From assembly GCA_019056805.1 (NCBI GenBank), contig DXJG01000009.1, forward strand, positions 90,001-122,000: a stretch of DNA of 32,000 nt, read 5' to 3'. Each line of letters begins with the position of its first letter. Within the stretch, counting starts at the first letter, position 1. Below, piece by piece: positions 25,574-32,000 of this stretch. Under the pieces are notes generated by a model. The model was not told where the DNA came from. It ran no database searches and worked only from the letters and a program-made list of their open reading frames with translations. Made by a program: the position numbers and the translations under genes. This DNA comes from Candidatus Baldrarchaeota archaeon. GTDB taxonomy: Archaea > Asgardarchaeota > Baldrarchaeia > Baldrarchaeales > DXJG01.

Positions 25574-25759
25574 AGCTGTTAACTCAGTACACTAAACAAC
25601 ATCATTTTTATCATCAATATTTTCTACTTCTTCTGCTACCTTAATGTTAAAACTTTATGTACTAGTAATCCATAATTATGATAGACAACCGTAGTTAATT
25701 TAATATTAATGAGCATTTACTCTAGTGCTTGAAAATCACTCAAAAATGGAGAGGTAATT

Positions 25760-26119
25760 ATGACCCAGATAAAACCAGCATTAACACTTAAAGTTAAAGA
25801 TCTAAAGAATTTAGTGAGATTATTAATAACATGGACAGCGGGTGTCATTAGGGAGAGAACAACTAACGTACTATACTTTAAACAAGGCAACAAACACATC
25901 TATGGAGCATTTACGATATCTCTCGGTTACTATGAATTAAGAGGACTTCCACTCTTCATCTGGACAGAAGGCGACGCGCCAGCAGGAGGATTTATAAAAT
26001 ATCGAAGCCAACCAACCGAAGAAATAGACTTCAGCGATAATACTGACGATCCAAAATATCAATACTTACCAATAATATCCCTATCAGAACCACCACCATT
26101 CGTCAAAATAGAAGAATAA
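25760..26119 (+). CDS. Conserved archaeal hypothetical protein
   Basis: 119 aa, RBS GAGAGG. The pattern LKVKDLKNLVRL...FIKY...EEIDFSD..DDP...LPIISL resembles small uncharacterised Thermoproteota proteins (from memory only). Confidence 0.7.
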   Translation: MTQIKPALTLKVKDLKNLVRLLITWTAGVIRERTTNVLYFKQGNKHIYGAFTISLGYYELRGLPLFIWTEGDAPAGGFIKYRSQPTEEIDFSDNTDDPKYQYLPIISLSEPPPFVKIEE

Positions 26120-26188
26120 CCATTTTCTTCCTTTTATAAACAAAAGACCCAAAAAATCACTGTTTTTCAAAGATATTTAATATTGAAA

Positions 26189-26343
<155 letters not shown>

Positions 26344-26542
26344 ACTTAAACTTACTTACTATCATAGTAGCTACTACATAAGGAGGAGGGTTATGTATTT
26401 AATATTTTCTCTACCTATCTATCTCAAACATGTAATTAATCAATTTAAGGTTGAGTAATGTATTGACCTTGGTTTAAGAAGCTATATTGAATATTAGGCA
26501 TTTTCGGTAAGATTTTCGTGCTGTTGATGGTGGTGAATTAGT

Positions 26543-27289
26543 TTGTCAAACATTAGGAAATCTGTAAAATCTGCTTTTGATGAGATAGCAGAAAGTTACG
26601 ATAGACTTCGAGGGAGGCCTTGGAAGGTTTTTGTAGACTTTGTTAAACGTGAGAATTTTTTCGGCGGATTATTAAAAGGGTCACTTATGCTAGATGCTGG
26701 ATGTGGTAACGGTAGACATACCGTGTTTTGTGCTAATTTAGGCTTTAGAGTTATTGGTATCGACATATCTTCTAAACTCTTAAAAATAGCGAAACAAAAA
26801 GTTGTCAAATCTAATTTATCTAGAAATGTTGCTTTGGTTATTAGCGATATTCTCTTTCTACCTTTTAAAACAAATATTTTCAAAAAAGCAATTTTCATAG
26901 CTTCCTTACATCATATACCATCTTCAAACCAAAGATTGCAATGTCTACTAGAACTAAAAAGAGTTTTAACTAAAGATTGTGAAGCTTTAATCACCGTATG
27001 GAGAAGATGGCAAGCCAGCTTTATAGGATATTTCTTAAAAGACTTCTTTAAAAGAGTTTTTAGATGTAGCAACGGTGAATTCGGAGATATCTATGTTTCA
27101 TGGAAAATCGGCAACAAAGAAGTTCAACGATTCTATCATCTTTTTACCAAAAGAGAACTTCTGAAGCTATTAAATAAATCTAATTTCTCCATTAAAAAAA
27201 TCAGTAGCGAAGATATTGAAAAGATCAGAATTAAAAGAAATTTTTTCGTTATAGTTAAAAAAATAACTAGTCGTAGAGTTACTAATTAG
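26543..27289 (+). CDS. Class I SAM methyltransferase, Trm9/ALKBH8-like
   Basis: FDEIAESYDRLRGRPW, LDAGCGNGRH, GIDIS, IASLHHIP..RLQCLLELKRVL, LITVW, GDIYVSW, RFYHLFTKREL. This is the motif order of Trm9-type tRNA U34 carboxymethyl methyltransferases. Confidence 0.75.
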   Translation: MSNIRKSVKSAFDEIAESYDRLRGRPWKVFVDFVKRENFFGGLLKGSLMLDAGCGNGRHTVFCANLGFRVIGIDISSKLLKIAKQKVVKSNLSRNVALVISDILFLPFKTNIFKKAIFIASLHHIPSSNQRLQCLLELKRVLTKDCEALITVWRRWQASFIGYFLKDFFKRVFRCSNGEFGDIYVSWKIGNKEVQRFYHLFTKRELLKLLNKSNFSIKKISSEDIEKIRIKRNFFVIVKKITSRRVTN

Positions 27290-27392
27290 ACCAAACCATA
27301 TCATAACCATTTTAACATTAATATCGTTTATTCGTTACAAATGCTTATGAAATAAATAATTATATTGCTACAGAGTTATAGGTAAAATTGAG

Positions 27393-30008
27393 ATGGTGCA
27401 GATAATAATGGAAAAACCTTGGATCAGAGAGACTTTACTCTACGAGAGCTTAGAAAACGGAAAAGTTAGATGTAAAGTTTGCGAAAGAAGATGCATAATA
27501 AGCGAAGGAAAGACGGGATTCTGTAAAACTCGAAAAAACATAGATGGAAAACTATACACCCTTGTCTACGGAGACATATCTTCAATAAGCGCCAACCCCA
27601 TAGAAAAGAAGCCTCTATTTCATTTCTGGCCAGGATCAGTCGCTCTAACCGTAGGCACATGGAGCTGCAACTTCACCTGCCCATGGTGTGTTTCACCAGA
27701 CACCTATGTGATTAAAAATGAACATGACATAGAAATGATGGGATCTTTAGAAAATTGTTGGAAACATACAAAACTGTTTTCTTATGATGTTTTTTCTAAG
27801 AAAATTGTCAAAGCAGGGATTTTAAATTATTTTAAAATAAATCCATTAATTTTAGGTTTGAAGGTCTACAGAATAGAGACAGAGTGTGGAAGACAGCTAA
27901 TTGCATCGGAAGACCATCCCATCTATACCAAGAGAGGTATCCTACCATTGAGAGACGTAAAGATTGGTGACGAAGTTATAATTTATCCCTTCTATCCACT
28001 TAAAAATGATGCACTCAAAGAAGACTTTACAATAGTTAATGAGAAAGACGTAGAAAAAATAATAAATATCTATCTTCCAAGATCAAACAAAGAATTCATA
28101 ATTTCAACACTACGCAGAAAAGGACTTTTGCCATTAAAAATTTCTAACCCAAAGATTAAGATAATTGCAAGGATACTCGGCTTTTTATTTGGCGACGGAT
28201 ACATTTCATTAAGTAAGACTAAAAAGCGAGACAATGCTTATGCTGCCTTTAATGGAAGGACAGAAGATTTATTGAAAATTAAAGAGGATATGACTTTACT
28301 TGGATTTAGTACAGCAAAAATAATCAAGCGAAGAAAAATTTCCAAAGTATATAGGTATGGAGAACTTCACATTATAAATGGTTTTGAAACACGTCTTGAT
28401 TGTTATTCTAAGGTGTTTTGCGTTTTAATGATATCCTTGGGGGCCCCTATAGGGGATAAATCCGTTAAACCGTTTAGGATACCAAAGTGGTTATTCAAAT
28501 CGCCCAAAGACGTACAAAGGGAGTTTCTGGCTGCGTACTTCGGCTGCGAATTAGCAAAGCCCCTTGTGAACAAAAGTGGTAAAAACTTTTTCCAACCGAG
28601 ACTTTCTATAAATAAATCAATTGAGTACTTAGATAATGCTTTTGAATTCGTTAGAGATCTAGAAAAACTTTTATCCAATTTCCAAGTAAAAATAAGTTCT
28701 ATCAATTTTCACGAGGGAAGCGTTAGAAAGAAGGACGGTATCAAAACAATTACGGTATATGTCCTTTTCAGCAACAAACTTGAAAATCTTATAAACCTCT
28801 ACGGCAAAATCGGATATAGATATTGCAAGGAAAGAGAAGTATTATCAAGATACGTGTTAGAATATCTTCTATTTAAAAAGAAAGAAATAGAAAACAGAAA
28901 AAAAGCCTATAAATTAGCTGTTTTACTTAAGAAAAAGGGATTCAAACTAAAGGAAATACATGAGAAAGTACACGAACAGGTAAACATAGAAAATTTAGTA
29001 CTATGGCTTAATAAAGATATAGACCCAAATAAAATTAAGGGAAGAAAAACGTCTCAAAAGTTTAGTGAATGGCTAAATCAACGAAATAAAGATCTCCCTG
29101 AGGGATTACTATGGGAAAAAATTGAGGAAAAGGAGGAGATAAGGAACGTTACAGACCTAAGAGATCTTACAGTCGAAAAATATCATAACTTTTTTGCAAA
29201 CGGATTTTTAGTTTCTAATTGCCAGAACTGGGAAATAAGTAAGGCTCCTCCTGATCCTGAAAAAGCTAATTATATTTCCCCTGAAAAATTTGTTGAGATG
29301 GTTGGTAAATATAAGTGTCAAGGCACAAGCATTTCTTTTAATGAGCCTACTTTGCTTTTCGAGTGGAGTTTGGATGTTTTTAAACTTGCTAGGGAGAAGG
29401 GATTTTATAATACCTTTGTTACGAATGGCTATATGACTTTGGACGCTTTAAAAATGCTTATTGAAGCTGGATTGGATGCTCTTAACATAGATATTAAAGG
29501 TTGTAAAGATGAGGTATCGCATTTTTGTGGTGCAAACGTTGAGTATGTTTGGCGTAATTGCATTGAAGCTAAACGTTTAGGCGCTCACATCGAAATCACT
29601 ACATTAATTGTAACAGATGTTAACGATGACTTAGAATGTCTCCGCAACATTGCTCAGCGAATAGTCAAGGAACTAGGTGAAAATACACCTTGGCACGTAA
29701 CTAGATACTATCCAGCATACAAATATCATGCTCCTCCACCTAAAGTAGAATTTCTTGAAGAAGTTAGGAAGATAGGTATAGAAGAAGGATTGAATTATGT
29801 TTATTTAGGTAATGTGCCAGGACATCCTTGGGAAAACACGTATTGTCCCAACTGCGGTGAACTTTTAATTAAAAGGTACATTTTCGATGTTGTTAATTTC
29901 AATTTAACAGAGAAAAACGAATGTCCAAAATGTGGAGAAAAAATCCCCATTGTTGGAAAATACGTTAAAAGAGGGCTTCTTGACAGATTTAGACAATTTT
30001 TAATGTAA
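27393..30008 (+). CDS. amrS: AmmeMemoRadiSam system radical SAM enzyme AmrS, intein-containing (about 360 aa after splicing)
   Basis: CKVCERRC..GFC, DISSISANPIEKKPLFHFWPGS, CNFTCPW|CQNWEIS, SFNEPT, NTFVTNGY, DALNIDIKG, PWHVTRYYP, YVYLGNVPG..ENTYCPNCG. Confidence 0.93.
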   Translation: MVQIIMEKPWIRETLLYESLENGKVRCKVCERRCIISEGKTGFCKTRKNIDGKLYTLVYGDISSISANPIEKKPLFHFWPGSVALTVGTWSCNFTCPWCVSPDTYVIKNEHDIEMMGSLENCWKHTKLFSYDVFSKKIVKAGILNYFKINPLILGLKVYRIETECGRQLIASEDHPIYTKRGILPLRDVKIGDEVIIYPFYPLKNDALKEDFTIVNEKDVEKIINIYLPRSNKEFIISTLRRKGLLPLKISNPKIKIIARILGFLFGDGYISLSKTKKRDNAYAAFNGRTEDLLKIKEDMTLLGFSTAKIIKRRKISKVYRYGELHIINGFETRLDCYSKVFCVLMISLGAPIGDKSVKPFRIPKWLFKSPKDVQREFLAAYFGCELAKPLVNKSGKNFFQPRLSINKSIEYLDNAFEFVRDLEKLLSNFQVKISSINFHEGSVRKKDGIKTITVYVLFSNKLENLINLYGKIGYRYCKEREVLSRYVLEYLLFKKKEIENRKKAYKLAVLLKKKGFKLKEIHEKVHEQVNIENLVLWLNKDIDPNKIKGRKTSQKFSEWLNQRNKDLPEGLLWEKIEEKEEIRNVTDLRDLTVEKYHNFFANGFLVSNCQNWEISKAPPDPEKANYISPEKFVEMVGKYKCQGTSISFNEPTLLFEWSLDVFKLAREKGFYNTFVTNGYMTLDALKMLIEAGLDALNIDIKGCKDEVSHFCGANVEYVWRNCIEAKRLGAHIEITTLIVTDVNDDLECLRNIAQRIVKELGENTPWHVTRYYPAYKYHAPPPKVEFLEEVRKIGIEEGLNYVYLGNVPGHPWENTYCPNCGELLIKRYIFDVVNFNLTEKNECPKCGEKIPIVGKYVKRGLLDRFRQFLM
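27687..29219 (+). mobile_element. Intein (511 aa) with LAGLIDADG homing endonuclease
   Basis: Starts CVSPDT (block A); contains ASEDHPIY (block B), ILGFLFGDG and FLAAYFGCE (endonuclease blocks), DLTVEKYHNFFANGFLVSN (blocks F/G). C+1 is Cys at 29220. Confidence 0.95.
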
Positions 30009-30026
30009 TTTCAAACAGGTGGTTAC

Positions 30027-30803
30027 ATGTCTTCAAAAAATATTGTAGATGAAGGTGACTTAATACTCTTAGTATTTGATGAGAAGAGAAGATGGTTAGT
30101 CAAAGTTGAAAAAGACAAAGAATTTCATACACATAAAGGCGTAATCAAACTAAATGATGTGATAGGTAAAACTTACGGAAGTAGTGTGAAAAGTAGCACT
30201 GGGGCAAAATTTCGAGTTTTTAAACCGCTCCCTAGAGATTACATCTTAAAAATGAGAAGGATAACCCAAATTATTTACCCCAAAGATATAGGTTTAATTC
30301 TCCTCTACTCAGGTATCGGTCCAGGTTGGAAAGTCGTTGAAGCTGGAACTGGCAGCGGAGCTTTAACAGTAGTTCTCGCTTACTACGTTCGTCCTGACGG
30401 TCATATCTACACATATGAAGTTAGAGAGGAATTTCAAAAGTTAGCTATAAAAAACATAAAAAATGCAGCCCTAGAAAAGTACGTAACTTTCAAACTAAAA
30501 GATATAAGTGAAGGGATAGATGAAAGAAATGTGGATGCGGTTATTTTAGACATGGCAACCCCTTGGCTTGTCGTTCCACACGCATATGAAGCTTTAAAGG
30601 AAGGAGGAAGCTTCGTATCCTACTCACCAACAATAGAACAAGTCCAAAAAACGGTTTTCTCACTTTTAAAGACAGGATTTTTCGATATCATAACAATAGA
30701 ATGCTTCACAAGAAGAATATTAGTTAGAGAAGGAAAAACAAGACCAGCAACATCTATGATAAGTCACACAGGATACCTTACCTTTGCAAGAAAAATAACC
30801 TAG
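30027..30803 (+). CDS. trmI: tRNA (adenine57/58-N1)-methyltransferase TrmI
   Basis: FHTHKG, TQIIYPKDIG, VVEAGTGSGALT, YEVREEF, DAVILDMATPW, YSPTIEQV, RP..SMISHTGYLTFARK. Confidence 0.95.
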   Translation: MSSKNIVDEGDLILLVFDEKRRWLVKVEKDKEFHTHKGVIKLNDVIGKTYGSSVKSSTGAKFRVFKPLPRDYILKMRRITQIIYPKDIGLILLYSGIGPGWKVVEAGTGSGALTVVLAYYVRPDGHIYTYEVREEFQKLAIKNIKNAALEKYVTFKLKDISEGIDERNVDAVILDMATPWLVVPHAYEALKEGGSFVSYSPTIEQVQKTVFSLLKTGFFDIITIECFTRRILVREGKTRPATSMISHTGYLTFARKIT

Positions 30804-30835
30804 TAGTTAAATAGTTAAAAAAATCTTTACAGGAT

Positions 30836-31474
30836 TTAAAGAAAATGTAAAATAAAACTTATGATCGCAGTTATAAAACCTGCAAAAAGCATTTTGATGC
30901 CTGAAACCATTATGTTTTCCTTGGACACCGCACCCAAAAATACACCTAAGAGAAAAAGCATGATAAATATTAAAGCTATTGAAATGAAAGCTGCAGATGC
31001 CACTGGAATTATGCCAATATAAGCGAGTATAAGAGGAATTAATGAAATAAAAGCTGAAAGCATAGGCGCTAAACTATCAATAAGAGCTGCCATTATTATA
31101 GCAAAACGATAAGCCTTCCCATATATACTATCTTCTAAACTCTTTAGCATAGCTCCTTCTAACTGCTTCAATTCCCGCGCTCTTTCCGCACTCTCTGCCA
31201 TATAGGCACCAAAAAAACCTGATACGCCCATAGCAAAACTTCCACCTACACCAGCACCAATTATAACCTTTAGAGAATCATAAGTAATAATTTCATGCAT
31301 CATTAACGCGCCCATTATAACTCCAAGCATCGTTAATGCTCCATCAAAAGCATTCATTACAAAATACCTTCTAGCTATTTCACCTAAACCACTAATCTCA
31401 ATATATGTCTTGAAACGTTCTATAGTTTTCCCAAAAAATTCTCTTATGCTCTTTAAAGAAAATATACGTTTCAT
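30836..31474 (-). CDS. VIT1/CCC1-family membrane protein
   Basis: RRYFVMNAFDGALTMLGVIMGA, AMGVSGFFGAYMAESAER, LFLLGVFLG. Confidence 0.75.
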   Translation of the reverse strand: MKRIFSLKSIREFFGKTIERFKTYIEISGLGEIARRYFVMNAFDGALTMLGVIMGALMMHEIITYDSLKVIIGAGVGGSFAMGVSGFFGAYMAESAERARELKQLEGAMLKSLEDSIYGKAYRFAIIMAALIDSLAPMLSAFISLIPLILAYIGIIPVASAAFISIALIFIMLFLLGVFLGAVSKENIMVSGIKMLFAGFITAIISFILHFL

Positions 31475-31957
31475 GTTTCATAAACACCATTTATAACTGC
31501 ATAATTTTCTTTCGATATTTATGAAATTTAGGCTTTAAATATTAATATGGCCATTCTATTTTCATCTTTCAAGGTATCTTGTAAAGACACTCATATAACT
31601 TTTATCTCATAATTTATCTTTAAACTCTTCGGAAAAACTACATAAATTTGTCTTCATACTTTTTAAAACTATTATTTTTCCATTTTTCTATATCATTCTG
31701 TTTAAAGGACTTAGCAAGGCGTCTTTTTTTCTTTTATACCGTTGGACAGTATAGTTTTACCTTCTCATACAAATCTATTTGATTTAACAATCTCTTAAGC
31801 AATTACATGCAGAAGCATTCTTAATTAGGGTTACTCTGTACTCACTCAGCATAAAATTAAAATATAACAAGAAAATATTATTAGGTGCTCCGCTGTAAAG
31901 CTTGTTAAGAAGCATTTAACCACGTAAATAAAGAAAATAAGGCGGTGGAACAGAGCT

Positions 31958-32000
31958 ATGTTGAAACCTGTCTCAATGAAGAAGATTCGTGCAATTATAC
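31958..32000 (+). CDS. Start of a CDS truncated by the window, possibly A/V-type ATP synthase subunit I
   Basis: ATG after GGCGGTGG; MLKPVSMKKIRAII resembles AtpI/NtpI N-termini, but only 14 codons are visible. Confidence 0.4.
   Translation, partial: MLKPVSMKKIRAII

Noticed and set aside
25584-25615. Minus-strand AUGAUGU-11 nt-CUGA, half of a C/D sRNA
   Set aside because: No convincing box C or terminal stem upstream; could be chance in an AT-rich spacer.
31475-31957. About 480-bp AT-rich spacer checked for small ORFs, repeats and RNA boxes
   Set aside because: No ORF with a plausible start, no C/D box pair and no repeat array; probably promoter region for the flanking divergent genes.

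Overview
AT-rich archaeal chromosomal window, most likely from an Asgard archaeon: it encodes a eukaryote-like actin of the Lokiactin type (6419-7567). It holds about 30 protein genes, largely housekeeping, with many RNA/tRNA maturation functions: Cgi121, a stand-alone THUMP protein, two ASCH proteins, ABCE1, two TrmY paralogues, a B3/4 editing domain, a Trm9-like methyltransferase and TrmI. Other genes include tetraether lipid synthase Tes, pyrF, a TPP enzyme, an Ntn asparaginase, DppBC permeases and an AmrS radical SAM gene split by a LAGLIDADG intein. The ORF track misses four RNA genes. One is a tRNA-Lys(UUU) with three introns (26189-26343, minus). The other three are promoter-associated box C/D or K-turn small RNAs (about 10982-11068 +, 13741-13813 -, 21589-21653 +). 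Best candidates for undescribed biology: (i) a tail-to-tail TrmY/TrmY-like pair with complementary motif loss, possibly an obligate heterodimer; (ii) a wHTH-CARF regulator divergent from the actin gene across a spacer rich in repeats and palindromes; (iii) a 9.8-14.3 kb ASCH/YkgJ/SPL-type radical SAM cluster in which each ASCH gene flanks a C/D-type sRNA; (iv) the triple-intron tRNA-Lys divergent from a Trm9-like enzyme. No CRISPR array, rRNA or transposase was seen. All family calls come from motif recognition by eye; no searches were run.
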